Shown here: positions 48,614-59,718 of the stretch, piece after piece
How the letters are laid out: each line of letters opens with the position of its first letter
How positions within the stretch are numbered: the first letter of the stretch is position 1
Origin: Chloroflexota bacterium
GTDB lineage: Bacteria; Chloroflexota; Anaerolineae; Anaerolineales; Villigracilaceae
Length of the DNA stretch: 64,000 nucleotides
Direction: 5' to 3'
NCBI GenBank assembly: GCA_043805815.1
Contig: JAZDHO010000160.1
Span: 204-64,203 of the forward strand
Program-made: the position numbers and the translations under genes
Notes under the pieces: generated by a model
The model's database searches: none
What the model was told of the DNA's origin: nothing
What the model saw: the letters and a program-made list of their open reading frames with translations, nothing else

Positions 48614-50497
48614 ATGGGCAAGATCATCGGCATAGATCTGGGAACAACGAACTCCGTCGCGGCGGTAATGCAGGGCGGGGAGCCCACAGTCATTCCCTCC
48701 TCCGAGGGCGAACGCCTCGTACCGTCCGTGGTAGCGGTCAACAAGAACCATGAACGGCTGGTTGGACGGGTCGCGCGCAACCAGGCCATCGTCAACCCGG
48801 AAAACACGGTCTTTTCGATCAAGCGCTTCATGGGCCGCAGATCGGACGATACCGAGGTCGAACGCAGCCGCGGGCGGTTTCCCTATGACATAGGGGAGGC
48901 GCCCAACGGCGACGTCCGAGTCCGGCTCGACGGAAAGGACTTCGGCGCGCCCGAAGTCTCGGCCATGATCCTGTCCAAGATGAAGGCGGACGCCGAAGCA
49001 TATCTTGGTGAACCCGTGACGCAGGCGGTGATCACCGTCCCCGCGTATTTCAACGACGCGCAGCGAAACGCCACCAAGGACGCCGGCAAGATCGCCGGGC
49101 TGGAGGTCCTGCGCATCATCAACGAGCCCACCGCATCTTCCCTGGCCTACGGCCTGGACAAGAAGAAGAACGAGGTGATCGCGGTCTACGACCTCGGCGG
49201 CGGAACCTTTGACATATCCATCCTGGATGTCGGCGATGGCGTCTTCCAGGTACGGTCCACCAGCGGCGACACATTCCTCGGAGGCGACGACTTCGACCAA
49301 TGCCTCATCGACGACCTTGCAGCCCAGTTCCAGAAGGAACACGGTATCGACCTGCGCAAGGACCGGCAGGCACTGCAGCGGCTCAAGGAGGCCGCCGAGA
49401 AGGCCAAGATCGAACTCTCAAGCATGCTGCAGACGGAGATCAACCTGCCGTACATCACCGCGGATGCCGGCGGACCCAAGCATCTCGTCACGAAGATGAC
49501 CCGCGCCCGGCTGGAGCAACTCACTGGCGATCTGGTCGATCGTACGATCGCACCCCTCAAGCAGGCCCTGAGCGACGCCAATTTGAGTGTCGCGGATATC
49601 CACGAGGTCGTGATGGTCGGGGGCATGACACGCATGCCTGCGGTCCAGGACCGGGTTCGTGCGTTCTTTGGCAAGGAGCCGCACAAGGGCGTCAATCCCG
49701 ACGAGGTTGTCGCCGTTGGTGCCGCGATCCAGGCCGGAGTGCTCGGCGGTGAGGTCAAGGATATTCTCCTCCTGGACGTGACGCCGCTGACCCTGTCGAT
49801 CGAGACGCTCGGCAGCGTGGCCACACCCCAGATCGAGCGCAATACAACCATCCCCACCCGCCGCAGCCAGACATTTTCAACGGCCTCGGATAGCCAGACT
49901 CAAGTCGAGATCCATGTGTTGCAGGGTGAGCGGCCGATGGCCGCTCACAACAAATCCCTCGGCAAGTTCATCCTTGACGGCGTTCCACCGGCTCCCCGCG
50001 GCATGCCCCAGATCGAAGTCACGTTCGACATCGATGCCAACGGCATCTTGCACGTCACTGCCAAAGATAAGGCGACCGGGCGCAGCCAGCACATCACGAT
50101 CACGGCCTCCTCGGGGCTGTCTGAAACGGAAGTGGAGCAGATGCGGCAGGATGCCGAGAGCCATGCCGAAGAGGACCGCAGACGTAGAGAGCTGATAGAA
50201 GCGCGCAATCAGGCTGACAACACGGCCTACGCCGCCGAAAAAGCCCTGAAAGACCTCGGCGAGAAGGTGTCGGCAGAACTCAAGGCAGAGATCGAGGGAA
50301 AGGTGGCTGCCTTGCGAGCCAAGGCGCAGGCGGAGGACGTTGCCGAAATGACCGCTGCTGGCGAGGCTCTGGGCGTGGCGATCCAGAAGGTCGGCGCTGC
50401 CGTCTATGAGCAAACCGGCACAACGCCTGCGGGTTCCGGGCAGTCAGCGGGAACTGCGCCGGGGTCGGATGTGGTGGACGGTGAGGTGAAGGAGTAG
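48614..50497 (+). CDS. dnaK: molecular chaperone DnaK
   Basis: 627 aa. [27 protein letters not shown]. Confidence 0.97.
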   Translation: MGKIIGIDLGTTNSVAAVMQGGEPTVIPSSEGERLVPSVVAVNKNHERLVGRVARNQAIVNPENTVFSIKRFMGRRSDDTEVERSRGRFPYDIGEAPNGDVRVRLDGKDFGAPEVSAMILSKMKADAEAYLGEPVTQAVITVPAYFNDAQRNATKDAGKIAGLEVLRIINEPTASSLAYGLDKKKNEVIAVYDLGGGTFDISILDVGDGVFQVRSTSGDTFLGGDDFDQCLIDDLAAQFQKEHGIDLRKDRQALQRLKEAAEKAKIELSSMLQTEINLPYITADAGGPKHLVTKMTRARLEQLTGDLVDRTIAPLKQALSDANLSVADIHEVVMVGGMTRMPAVQDRVRAFFGKEPHKGVNPDEVVAVGAAIQAGVLGGEVKDILLLDVTPLTLSIETLGSVATPQIERNTTIPTRRSQTFSTASDSQTQVEIHVLQGERPMAAHNKSLGKFILDGVPPAPRGMPQIEVTFDIDANGILHVTAKDKATGRSQHITITASSGLSETEVEQMRQDAESHAEEDRRRRELIEARNQADNTAYAAEKALKDLGEKVSAELKAEIEGKVAALRAKAQAEDVAEMTAAGEALGVAIQKVGAAVYEQTGTTPAGSGQSAGTAPGSDVVDGEVKE

Positions 50498-50530
50498 TCG
50501 CCCGGGCGGGCGACGGCCGTCGGTACCGTC

Positions 50531-51649
50531 ATGTCTGACCAAGACTTCTACGATGTCCTGGGGGTCGGCCGGGGCGCCGGCGATGACGAGATCAAGGCGG
50601 CGTTCCGCAAGTTGGCGCGCCAGTATCATCCCGATGTGAACAAGGAACCCGAGGCCGAAGAGAAATTCAAGCAGATCAACGAGGCCTACGGCGTCCTCTC
50701 CGACGCCGACAAGCGCGCCCGCTACGACCGATTCGGACGCGCGGGCCTGGGGAATGCGGGCGGCTTCCACGACTACACCGTGGATTTCGCAGACATCTTC
50801 GACGAGCTCTTCGGACAGTTCGGTTTTTCGGGCGGAAGAAGCTCTCGCCGCGGACCGCGTCGCGGACGGGATCTGCAGATGCCGCTGACGCTCACTTTTG
50901 AGGAAGCTGTCTTTGGGTCTCAGAAGGACGTCGAGTTCGAACGTGACCAATCCTGCTCCCGCTGCAAGGGATCGGGCGCGGAACCGGGAACCACTCCAAC
51001 GCGCTGCACGACGTGCGGGGGACAGGGTGAGGTGCGCCAGGTGCGCCAGACGATCCTGGGTCAGATGATGCAGACCAGCACCTGTCCGAAGTGCGGAGGG
51101 CGCGGAGAAGTAGTCTCCTCGCCATGCCGCACGTGCCGCGGCGGCGGACTCGAGCGCATGAAGGCACAAAAGAGCGTTGAGATACCCGCCGGCGTCGATT
51201 CGGGAACACAGGTTCGGCTGGCCGGTGAGGGCGAACCGGGAGCCAACGGGGGTCCGAACGGCAGCCTGTTCCTGCTGCTCGATGTCCGGCCCCACAAGTT
51301 CTTCCGGCGGCGCGAGAATGACGTCATCTTGAATCTCGACATCAATCTTGCCCAGGCGACGTTGGGCGCCGACGTCTCAGTACCCACTCTGGACGGCGAG
51401 GAAAACCTCAGGATCCCGGCGGCGACACAGCCGGGCAAGGTGTTCAAAATGAAAGGCAAGGGGGTCCCCCATTTGCGGCGAGGGGATCAACGCGGCGATC
51501 AGCTCGTGATCGTCAACGTCGAAATCCCAGCCCGGCTGACCAGGGAACAACGCGAGTTGTTCGAAAAGCTGGCAGCCACGCTTGGAACGTCCGTAAGCCC
51601 CAAAGAAAAGGGGTTTCTGGATTGGCTCAACGAGGCACTTGGGGGATAA
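50531..51649 (+). CDS. dnaJ: molecular chaperone DnaJ
   Basis: 372 aa. J domain with HPD (YHPDVNK), a G/F region, and four CxxCxGxG zinc motifs. Confidence 0.95.
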   Translation: MSDQDFYDVLGVGRGAGDDEIKAAFRKLARQYHPDVNKEPEAEEKFKQINEAYGVLSDADKRARYDRFGRAGLGNAGGFHDYTVDFADIFDELFGQFGFSGGRSSRRGPRRGRDLQMPLTLTFEEAVFGSQKDVEFERDQSCSRCKGSGAEPGTTPTRCTTCGGQGEVRQVRQTILGQMMQTSTCPKCGGRGEVVSSPCRTCRGGGLERMKAQKSVEIPAGVDSGTQVRLAGEGEPGANGGPNGSLFLLLDVRPHKFFRRRENDVILNLDINLAQATLGADVSVPTLDGEENLRIPAATQPGKVFKMKGKGVPHLRRGDQRGDQLVIVNVEIPARLTREQRELFEKLAATLGTSVSPKEKGFLDWLNEALGG

Positions 51650-51676
51650 CGGCGTGAGCTCCGCAGTATGCCGAGC

Positions 51677-52618
51677 TCACCTCTCAGGGTCTTTGTATCG
51701 GATCGGTGCTACCCCCCGGGGGCGGGCCGTGGATTCGCTGCGCGAGGGCGGGTAGTAGAACGTCTGCCGCAATTTCTGCGTCACCGGTCCCGATCGCCGG
51801 TAGCCCTGATAGGTACCCCAAAACTGCATGGTACGAAACCAAATGACAGAAGGGGCATGCCGCCACGGCCTCGCCTCGCGGTCCGCCTCGCGCAGGTCCG
51901 TCACGATGTTCGTAAGTGTGAGCCGGACGAAATCGTAGGCGCTGAAATGTGATTCCGGAAAGATGCGCTTGAACGCCATGCCCTCGCGCCTGTAGCGATC
52001 ATACACGCGGCGCGGCGTCTCTTCGTGTACGTGGATGATCTCGGCGTGAGCCGCGTAGGCTATGCGGTACCCCTGCCCTCGCGCCCACCTGGCCCAGGCA
52101 ACATCCTCAAGTCCCGTCAGCGCCTCGTCATAGGCGTGCTGCTCCCACAGGCTTCGGCGTATCGCAGCGTTGGCATTATTGCAGAACGGATGGGCCTGAT
52201 CGGGAATATCGGCATCCGGAAACCACTGGCGGAAAATCTGATGCTCGGAGAAGCGGGAGGCTTCGGTGCCGCGCTGTTTGCCATAGACAAGCGCCACCTG
52301 CTGATCTTCGAACGGGCGCAGCAGGCATTCCAGCCAATCGGGATAGACCGGACGCACGTGCGCACTCGCAATGACGACGTGCTCGTGTCCCGCGGCGCGC
52401 ACGCCGAGATTCAGCGACCGTCCAAAACTGAATTCGTCAGACGGAACACGGGCAATGCGCGCGCCGTGCGCCTCCGCGATCTGCACCGTGGCATCCGTGG
52501 ATCCTGAATCCACCAGCACCACATCGACATCTTGGATCGTCTGCCGGGAGATACCTTCGAACAGGCGACCGATCTGCCCGGCTTCGTTGTAGGCGCGGAT
52601 GACGATGGAGCACTTCAT
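51677..52618 (-). CDS. family 2 glycosyltransferase
   Basis: 313 aa. SIVIRAYNEAGQI...VVLVDSGSTDAT... Confidence 0.8.
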   Translation of the reverse strand: MKCSIVIRAYNEAGQIGRLFEGISRQTIQDVDVVLVDSGSTDATVQIAEAHGARIARVPSDEFSFGRSLNLGVRAAGHEHVVIASAHVRPVYPDWLECLLRPFEDQQVALVYGKQRGTEASRFSEHQIFRQWFPDADIPDQAHPFCNNANAAIRRSLWEQHAYDEALTGLEDVAWARWARGQGYRIAYAAHAEIIHVHEETPRRVYDRYRREGMAFKRIFPESHFSAYDFVRLTLTNIVTDLREADREARPWRHAPSVIWFRTMQFWGTYQGYRRSGPVTQKLRQTFYYPPSRSESTARPRGVAPIRYKDPER

Positions 52619-52662
52619 GGTTCGTCGAGTATGGCGGGAGATCCGCTGCCGGCGAGATTTGA

Positions 52663-53601
52663 TCAGTCAGCCTGGATGCGGCCGGTAGGCCTCGCCGCCG
52701 GCAGGCGGAAATCGTAGATGCCGTTTGCGGTTCCCCAGTGCATCCCGCAGTTCCCGCAGGCAAGCCGACCCCGCTCCCTGCCAAGCGGCGCCCGTCCGCA
52801 TGCCGGGCACTTGAACATCGAGATCGGATCGGCGTCGGCGGACACGCGGTGCGGGACCGGATTCCCACCCCGCAACCTGAAGAACACACTCGGCGTGTAC
52901 TGCCACATCGCGCCGGTAGGCTGTAGCAGGGCATCCAGGAACACCAGGATTGACGAAGGGACCAGCTGCTTCAGGATCGGGGTGCGAAAATGGGAGACCG
53001 TCAGCTTCCGCTCCACCTGGAAGCCGAGCTCCTCCAGCCAGGCCTGCACGCGGCGCGGGTGGAAGTCGAAATGCAGTTTCGCAAATTCCACCGGATCCGG
53101 ACTAAATGGATTCCACTCCTGCCATCCGAGCCAGTAGCGCAGGATGGATTTCACGTTGCGCTTGTTGGCAAATTCAAGAATGAAGGCCGCATCGGGTTTC
53201 AGAACGCCCCGTACCTGCCTCAGCGCTTTGGGCGCATCCGCCATGTGATGCAGGACCCGAATCATCGTTGCGGCATCGAATAGACCATCCACAAAGGGCA
53301 GGCGGTAGACGTCCGCGGCGACGAAGACGTACCGCTGTGATCGTCCCAGCCTCGCTTGTGCCTGCTCCAACTGCGAAAGGGAGAAGTCCAGGAGCACGAT
53401 GCGCTGAAAGCCCGGATACCGCGAGCTGTGGCGCCCCGCGCCCGCCCCCAGTTCCAACAGCAATCCCCCGCTGTCAGGCAGTAGGCGTTGCACCGCAATG
53501 GCTTCGACCCGATCCTCGTACTCGCGGCCCCCTTGGTCCCAGAACGAGCCCTGATAGTCGGAGCCCTCGTAATCACAGATCGGCGGATCAGGCGCTGGCA
53601 T
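52663..53601 (-). CDS. class I SAM-dependent methyltransferase with C-terminal zinc ribbon
   Basis: 312 aa. LLLELGAGAGRHS motif I. C-terminal CPACG...CGNCG (Trm112-like ribbon). Confidence 0.75.
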   Translation of the reverse strand: MPAPDPPICDYEGSDYQGSFWDQGGREYEDRVEAIAVQRLLPDSGGLLLELGAGAGRHSSRYPGFQRIVLLDFSLSQLEQAQARLGRSQRYVFVAADVYRLPFVDGLFDAATMIRVLHHMADAPKALRQVRGVLKPDAAFILEFANKRNVKSILRYWLGWQEWNPFSPDPVEFAKLHFDFHPRRVQAWLEELGFQVERKLTVSHFRTPILKQLVPSSILVFLDALLQPTGAMWQYTPSVFFRLRGGNPVPHRVSADADPISMFKCPACGRAPLGRERGRLACGNCGMHWGTANGIYDFRLPAARPTGRIQAD

Positions 53602-53610
53602 CCAGCCCGC

Positions 53611-54912
53611 TCAGGTACCGCGTCCCACGGCCCGATAGCTGAAGCCCTTGGCTTTCATCAGCGCCGGATCATAGATGTTCCGGCCGTCAAAGACCATAGG
53701 CTGCTTCAGGACGGATCTCAGCCGGTCCAGGTCCAGCTGCTTGAACTCGTTCCATTCGGTCACGACCATCAGGCCGTCACAGCCCGCCGCCATCTCATAC
53801 GGATCCTTGAACATGCGCACGTCCGGCAGGATCGGGCGCGCCACCTCCATTGCCACGGGGTCATACGCATGTACCTTGGCGCCAGCCTCCGCCAGGTGCG
53901 CTGCGATATCGATCGACGGCGCTTCCCGCATGTCGTCGGTGTTCGGCTTGAATGCCAGGCCAAGCATGCCGATCGTCTTGCCCTGGAGGCCGCCGAGCAT
54001 ATCCGAGAGTTGCTTGACCGCGCTCACACGGCGGGCGTAGTTGACCTGCGTGACAGAATCCAGGATCCGGGGATCCAGGCCGCGTTCCTTCGCCATGTAC
54101 GCCAGCGCCTTGACGTCCTTCGGAAAGCATGAACCACCCCATCCTAGTCCGGCGTCCAGGAAATGGCGCCCTATGCGCGCATCGTAACCCATGCCGGCAG
54201 CAACTTCCTTGACATCCGCGCCGACAGACTCGCACAGATCGGCCAGTTCATTCATGAATGAGATCTTGGTTGCCAGGAAGGCGTTCGAGGCGTACTTGAT
54301 CATCTCTGCCGTGCGCAGATCTGTGATGACGATCGGCGCCCGCAGCGGCAAGTGCAGCTGGGCAACTTTCTCGGCCGCTTCGCGATGCAGCGAGCCGATC
54401 ACCGTCCGGTGAGGGCTCATGAAATCGCCGATGGCCGATCCTTCGCGCAGGAACTCGGGACACGACACCACCGAGAAGGCAATCTCACGCGGCTGCGCGC
54501 CCTTGACGATGTCTGCCACCCAGTCACCGGTGCCGATCGGAACTGTCGACTTGTTGATGATCACCAGCGGTTCGGTCATGTTTCGCGCGATCGACTCAGC
54601 CGCCGCCGCCACATATTGCAGATCGGCCTCGCCCTTCACGCCGGATGGCGTCCCAACCGCGATGATAGCAAACTCACTGTCCTTCATCGCCTCGGCGTAG
54701 GAGGTCGAGAAGCTGAGCCGCCCCGCGGCGACATTGCGTTTGACAAGCTCATCCAGCCCGGGCTCATAGATCGGCATGATCCCCTTCTTAAGGTTGTCAA
54801 TCCGCTTTTGATCCACGTCCAGCGCGACCACCTTATTGCCCAGGTCTGCAAAGCAAGCCCCCGTTACGAGGCCGACATATCCAACGCCAACTACACAGAT
54901 CTGCTTCATCAA
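53611..54912 (-). CDS. ugd: UDP-glucose 6-dehydrogenase
   Basis: 433 aa. [34 protein letters not shown]. Confidence 0.92.
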   Translation of the reverse strand: MMKQICVVGVGYVGLVTGACFADLGNKVVALDVDQKRIDNLKKGIMPIYEPGLDELVKRNVAAGRLSFSTSYAEAMKDSEFAIIAVGTPSGVKGEADLQYVAAAAESIARNMTEPLVIINKSTVPIGTGDWVADIVKGAQPREIAFSVVSCPEFLREGSAIGDFMSPHRTVIGSLHREAAEKVAQLHLPLRAPIVITDLRTAEMIKYASNAFLATKISFMNELADLCESVGADVKEVAAGMGYDARIGRHFLDAGLGWGGSCFPKDVKALAYMAKERGLDPRILDSVTQVNYARRVSAVKQLSDMLGGLQGKTIGMLGLAFKPNTDDMREAPSIDIAAHLAEAGAKVHAYDPVAMEVARPILPDVRMFKDPYEMAAGCDGLMVVTEWNEFKQLDLDRLRSVLKQPMVFDGRNIYDPALMKAKGFSYRAVGRGT

Positions 54913-55043
54913 TGTCCTTTTGCCGTGAGCCCCTGATCGATTTCCACTGCCCTGCGTGCTTACGAAGCTGTCTTATCCCGCGCTCAAGCGCATCAATGAT
55001 ACTACGGCTCACTTGGGCGGGCAACTTCTGGTATAGTGGCCTC

Positions 55044-56222
55044 ATGCGCCTGCTCTTTGTGGCGGATGGACGCTCACCCATCGCGCTGAATTGGATCCGC
55101 TACTTTGTTGAGCGGGGCGATGACGTTTTCCTGGCTTCCACCTTTGTGTGCTCCCCAGACGTGCCCCTTCAAGAGCTGGAAATCACACCGGTCGCATATA
55201 GTGCAAACACAGGCAGCTCGAAGCCCGCGCGCCGCGGCTCATCTGCCCTCAAATCGTTGACTGCACTGCGCCATCTCCTGGGGCCGCTTACCATCCCTCG
55301 TGCCGCCCGGAAATTGCGCGCTTTTGCGGATCGCGTCCGGCCGGATCTGGTGCACGCCATGCGCATCCCATTTGAGGGCATGCTGGCGGCAGATGCCTGC
55401 GGGGCGGCGCCTCTTCTGGTTTCCGTCTGGGGCAACGACTTCACACTCCATGCCCCATCCACTGCTCTCATGCGGCACTACACCACATGGACTCTGCGTG
55501 TCGCCGATGCGCTGCACGCAGACTGCCGCCGCGATATTCGTCTCGCCCGCGAATGGGGCCTGGCGCCAGGCAAGCCGACGCTTGTCTCTCCAGGCGGAGG
55601 CGGCATCCAGACCGCCGTATTTTTCGCGGCGGCTTCGCCGCCGCTTGCGCCCACCGTCATCAATGCCCGGGGTTCGAGGGCCTATGTCCGGAACGATATC
55701 TTCTTCACAGCCATCCCGCTCGTGTTGGAGCGGCGTCCGGACGTGAGATTCAGCTGCGTTGCCTTGGAAGCGGATCGGGAAGCGATGCGGTGGGTTGACA
55801 GGCTCCGAATCGGACACGCCGTCCAACTACTGCCTCAAGTGTCGCAGGGCGAGTTGGCAGACATGCTTCGTCGCGCGCAAGTGATGGTCTCACCCAGCAT
55901 CCACGACGGCACTCCCAACTCTCTGTTGGAAGGCATGGCCTGCGGTTGCTTCCCCATTGCCGGTGACCTGGAGTCGATCCGCGAGTGGATCACGCACGGA
56001 GAGAACGGGCTGCTCGTGGACGCCACCAATCCCGGCGCTCTTGCACACGCGATCCTGCAAGCCCTGGAAAACGAGAACCTGCGCCGCCAGGCCGCAGGTT
56101 TGAATCAAGGGCTGATCCTGCAGCGCGCGCAGTACGCGCGCTGCATGTCTCGAGCCCGGGAATTCTACGCGCAGATCATTGCCGGCTCGGCCTTAACCGC
56201 CGGCCCTACGACAGCTCCGTAG
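55044..56222 (+). CDS. family 4 (GT-B) glycosyltransferase, possibly leaderless
   Basis: Start at MRLLFVADGRSP. C-terminal PS..DGTPNSLLEGMACG (E-x7-E-like). TGgTATAGT ends 6 nt before the ATG. Confidence 0.75.
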   Translation: MRLLFVADGRSPIALNWIRYFVERGDDVFLASTFVCSPDVPLQELEITPVAYSANTGSSKPARRGSSALKSLTALRHLLGPLTIPRAARKLRAFADRVRPDLVHAMRIPFEGMLAADACGAAPLLVSVWGNDFTLHAPSTALMRHYTTWTLRVADALHADCRRDIRLAREWGLAPGKPTLVSPGGGGIQTAVFFAAASPPLAPTVINARGSRAYVRNDIFFTAIPLVLERRPDVRFSCVALEADREAMRWVDRLRIGHAVQLLPQVSQGELADMLRRAQVMVSPSIHDGTPNSLLEGMACGCFPIAGDLESIREWITHGENGLLVDATNPGALAHAILQALENENLRRQAAGLNQGLILQRAQYARCMSRAREFYAQIIAGSALTAGPTTAP

Positions 56223-56439
56223 AGCCTGTACGCGGCGCGCGCAGGGACTGGAGCCGATCCGTGAGCTCTGTCCGACGTGCGTCGGCCGCCTCGCGCACCT
56301 CTGCCAGCAGCCCCTCGCCCCGGGCGCGCAGTTCGGCACGCAGCGTTTGACCCGATTCCGGAGCCAACAAGAGCGCCACTGTGGATCCGACCAGCGCACC
56401 GATGAAGATCCCGATCAAGAAGCCGAACATACGACGCAT
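56206..56439 (-). CDS. YtxH-domain small membrane protein
   Basis: 77 aa from MRRMFGFLIGIFIGALVGSTVALLLAPESG after GAGGAG. The 3' end overlaps the convergent GT4 gene by 17 nt. Confidence 0.7.
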   Translation of the reverse strand: MRRMFGFLIGIFIGALVGSTVALLLAPESGQTLRAELRARGEGLLAEVREAADARRTELTDRLQSLRAPRTGSTELS

Positions 56440-56709
56440 GGAAATCTCCTCGTGATCACCGCAGGCCTCTGCCGGACGGACACGGTCCTCTTGGCAGGAC
56501 TTGCGGAGTCCAACCATCAGGCAGTGCCTTGCTGGGACGAACAAGCAGGGAAATTATAGGCGAAAAGCGATTTTTGTGGAATAATGCATGTGCCGCGGGC
56601 ATCGTGAGAGCGCGAGTTTGCGAGCCCGACGACACACGACATTGAGGCTGTCCAAGCGGAACCGGGGGGAAACCGCTACCAACGGCCCCTACCTTAACCG
56701 GAGGGTACC

Positions 56710-57612
56710 ATGACCACCACTGTTCCAGCACCAGGCACGCCGGCTTTGAAAGCCGCCTCATCCGAGCGCAAGAAGGTCACCACGGCCGCGCTGCGCCTGA
56801 AGAAAGAACAGGGCGCGCTCATCAGCATGCTTACGGCGTACGACTATCCCACAGCCCTGGCGGAGGACAAGGCCGGCATTGATGTCATCCTCGTGGGAGA
56901 CTCGCTGGCCATGGTCGTGCTGGGGTATCAGAACACCCTGCCAGTGACCATGGATGAGATGCTCCACCACTGCCGCGCCGTTGCGCGGGGAGCCCGGTAT
57001 GCGCTGCTTATCGGCGACATGCCTTTCATGTCATATCAGGTCTCCACCGAGGAGGCCGTGCGCAATGCCGGCCGTTTCCTGCAAGAGGGCGGTATGGAGG
57101 CTGTCAAACTGGAGGGCGGCCGCGAGAGACTGGAGGCGGTGCGCGCGATCACTGGCGCCGGCATCCCTGTGATGGGGCATCTCGGGCTCACGCCCCAGTC
57201 GGTAAATCAGCTCGGAGGCTTCCGGCCACAGGGTAAGACCGCGGTGGCTGCCAGGCGCCTGCTGGAGGATGCCACGCTGCTGGAGGAAGCCGGCTGCTTC
57301 AGCCTCGTTCTGGAATCGGTTCCTGCCCGGCTGGCGCACGTGGTGACGTCGAGGCTGTCGATCCCCACCATTGGCATCGGCGCCGGGATCGGATGCGACG
57401 GACAGGTCCTCGTGACGCATGACCTGCTTGGACTGTTCGACCGCTTCACGCCAAAATTCGTGAAGAAGTATGCCGACTTTCATGGTGACATGCAGCGAGC
57501 TTTCACCGAATTCATCGATGATGTCCAAAGTCGCGCCTTCCCCACCGCCGGGCACTCGGTTGAGATGGACGAATCGGAGTGGCAGCAGTTCGCGCGAGAA
57601 ACAGGGCAGTAG
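56710..57612 (+). CDS. panB: 3-methyl-2-oxobutanoate hydroxymethyltransferase
   Basis: 300 aa. MLTAYDY, ILVGDSLAMVVLGY, VKLEGG, GHLGLTPQS. Confidence 0.92.
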   Translation: MTTTVPAPGTPALKAASSERKKVTTAALRLKKEQGALISMLTAYDYPTALAEDKAGIDVILVGDSLAMVVLGYQNTLPVTMDEMLHHCRAVARGARYALLIGDMPFMSYQVSTEEAVRNAGRFLQEGGMEAVKLEGGRERLEAVRAITGAGIPVMGHLGLTPQSVNQLGGFRPQGKTAVAARRLLEDATLLEEAGCFSLVLESVPARLAHVVTSRLSIPTIGIGAGIGCDGQVLVTHDLLGLFDRFTPKFVKKYADFHGDMQRAFTEFIDDVQSRAFPTAGHSVEMDESEWQQFARETGQ

Positions 57613-57624
57613 AGAGAGCCAGGG

Positions 57625-58563
57625 GTGGATATGGGACGAGAAGACATCCAGCAAGGCAGCATACTCATCGTCGGGGTCGGCGCCCTGGCGACGCTGTTCG
57701 CCTCTCGCCTCGGACGGGCCGGCTATGCCGTAACGATGCTGGGCACATGGCCCGATGGGTTGATGGCCTTGCGGAATCGCGGCGCGCGGCTCGTGGAGGC
57801 CAACGGCCGCGAGCAACGCGTCTCGGTGGTGGCCACAGATGATCCGCAGGTTTGCCGCGACGCCAGGTACGCACTCGTGCTCGTAAAGTCCTGGCAAACC
57901 GAGCGAGCGGCCGCGCAGTTGGCCGGTTGCCTGCCCCGTGCAGGGCTGGCGCTCACGCTTCAAAACGGGCTTGGCAATCGCGAGATCCTCGCAGCCAGCC
58001 TCGGACGGGAGCGCGTGGCACTTGGCTCCACGACCACAGGCGCAACGTTACTGGGACCGGGATTGGCAAGATCTGGCGGCGATGGTCTTGTCTCGATCGA
58101 GGCGCACGAGCGGCTGGGACCTCTCCAGCAGGCCTTGACCGCGGCGGGCTTCCAGGTCGAAGTCGTTCAGGATGCTCGCGCCCTCATCTGGAGCAAGCTG
58201 GTGGTCAATTCGGCCATCAACCCGCTGACCGCCATCTTGCGCATTCCGAATGGTCAATTGTTGGAGCGTCCCGCGGCGCGCCTGCTCTTGCGCGCGCTGG
58301 CGGAAGAGACCGCTGCCGTGGCGTCTGCAGAGCAGATCAAGCTGGGCCCTTCCGATCCGGTTCGCATGGTCGAAGACGTTGCGCTCCGGACGGCCGCCAA
58401 CCACTCATCCATGTTTCAGGATGTCCAGCGAGGCGCACCGACCGAGATCGATGCAATCTGCGGCGCGGTCGCCAAGGCGGGCAGGCAGCACCGCATTCCG
58501 ACGCCCATGAATCAGGCCTGCTGGCAACTGGTGCAGGCATTGACGCAAGCTCCCGTCAGCTGA
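57625..58563 (+). CDS. panE: 2-dehydropantoate 2-reductase
   Basis: 312 aa. ILIVGVGALATLFA Rossmann motif, LQNGLGN, SSMFQDVQRGAPTEID. Confidence 0.85.
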   Translation: MDMGREDIQQGSILIVGVGALATLFASRLGRAGYAVTMLGTWPDGLMALRNRGARLVEANGREQRVSVVATDDPQVCRDARYALVLVKSWQTERAAAQLAGCLPRAGLALTLQNGLGNREILAASLGRERVALGSTTTGATLLGPGLARSGGDGLVSIEAHERLGPLQQALTAAGFQVEVVQDARALIWSKLVVNSAINPLTAILRIPNGQLLERPAARLLLRALAEETAAVASAEQIKLGPSDPVRMVEDVALRTAANHSSMFQDVQRGAPTEIDAICGAVAKAGRQHRIPTPMNQACWQLVQALTQAPVS

Positions 58564-58711
58564 GCCGGCTCCACCATCTAGGCATGCTTAGGCACGTCCC
58601 CCTCGGATCGGCTGGATGACAGCCTGAACCGATCGGGGCCAGCGCCGCACACTTGCGCGGAGCAAGGCTACCCGCATGGTAAGATTCGGCAATTCTCGAC
58701 GGGAGGCAGGT

Positions 58712-59611
58712 ATGCCACGGTGGTTGACGGCGGTTCTGCTCGCGGGGGCGATTTCCCTTCCAGCCTCCGCGCTTGCGCAGACACCCATTGCTCTCTCCAG
58801 CCTCCAGGTGCAGCTTTGGCCGGAGTACGACCAGCCCAGTATGCTGGTGATCTACGATTTCAAGCTCGGCGCTGGGACGACGCTGCCGGTCGGCGTCTCC
58901 ATCAAGATTCCAGCGGATGCAAACCTCGTGGCCGTCGCCGTGCAGGGTGCCGATGGCAACCTGATGAACGCGGACTATCTTGAATCCGCTGGCGACGATA
59001 CCTGGCAGTCCGTGGTCGTCCAAATACAGAGCCCGACAACCTACCGCATAGAGTACTATCAACCGCTCACCAGATCCGGAGATCAGAGGCAATTCTCCTA
59101 TCGATGGACTGGCGAGTACCTCGTGGAGGACTTCGGTATCAGCGTGCGCATGCCCCCAGATGCAACGTCGGTCTCGGCCGATCCGGCGCTGCAGACCACG
59201 CAACCGGCGGGCGGCACGCCATTCATGCAGAACGATTTTGGGCCGCTGGCCGCAGGCGAACAATTCACCTTGGAGCTAAACTACAGCCGAAGTTCAGAGG
59301 CACTTACCGCCTCGCAGGGGAATCTGCAGCCCTCGCAGCCGCTGGACGGCAGCACGCCCGGTCGAGTGATGCTCAGCAACTACCTGCCGTACATCCTGGG
59401 TGCCCTCGGCTTGCTCCTGATCGCCGGCGGCGCCCTCTACTTCTGGCAATCTAGCCGCGCAGGCACCTCCAGGGATAAGCGCCACCTCAGCAACGCGCTG
59501 AGAGCCATTCAGCGAACAGGCGATGTATACTGCCATCAGTGCGGGGCACGAGCTCAACCCGGCGATAGGTTCTGCCGCGTGTGCGGGACCAGGCAGAGAC
59601 CTGCCGAGTAA
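58712..59611 (+). CDS. bitopic protein: secreted N-domain - TM - cytoplasmic zinc ribbon
   Basis: Start at MPRWLTAVLLAGAISLPASALA (signal). TM YILGALGLLLIAGGALYFW. C-terminal CHQCG...CRVCG. Confidence 0.6.
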   Translation: MPRWLTAVLLAGAISLPASALAQTPIALSSLQVQLWPEYDQPSMLVIYDFKLGAGTTLPVGVSIKIPADANLVAVAVQGADGNLMNADYLESAGDDTWQSVVVQIQSPTTYRIEYYQPLTRSGDQRQFSYRWTGEYLVEDFGISVRMPPDATSVSADPALQTTQPAGGTPFMQNDFGPLAAGEQFTLELNYSRSSEALTASQGNLQPSQPLDGSTPGRVMLSNYLPYILGALGLLLIAGGALYFWQSSRAGTSRDKRHLSNALRAIQRTGDVYCHQCGARAQPGDRFCRVCGTRQRPAE

Positions 59612-59718
59612 GACGCGGCCCTCGCCCTCCCGGCGTCCTCCTCGTTTGCGCCTGCGAATAGGCCGCGCGGTTGCGAGCTCGCCCCCTCCACCATCCGGAC
59701 CCCTTGAAAGGATAACCG

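Noticed and set aside
48548-51295. Minus-strand ORFs of 264, 223, 178 and 283 aa
   Set aside because: They are antisense to dnaK and dnaJ.
57031-57963. 310-aa minus-strand ORF
   Set aside because: It is antisense to panB and panE, both of which have diagnostic motifs.
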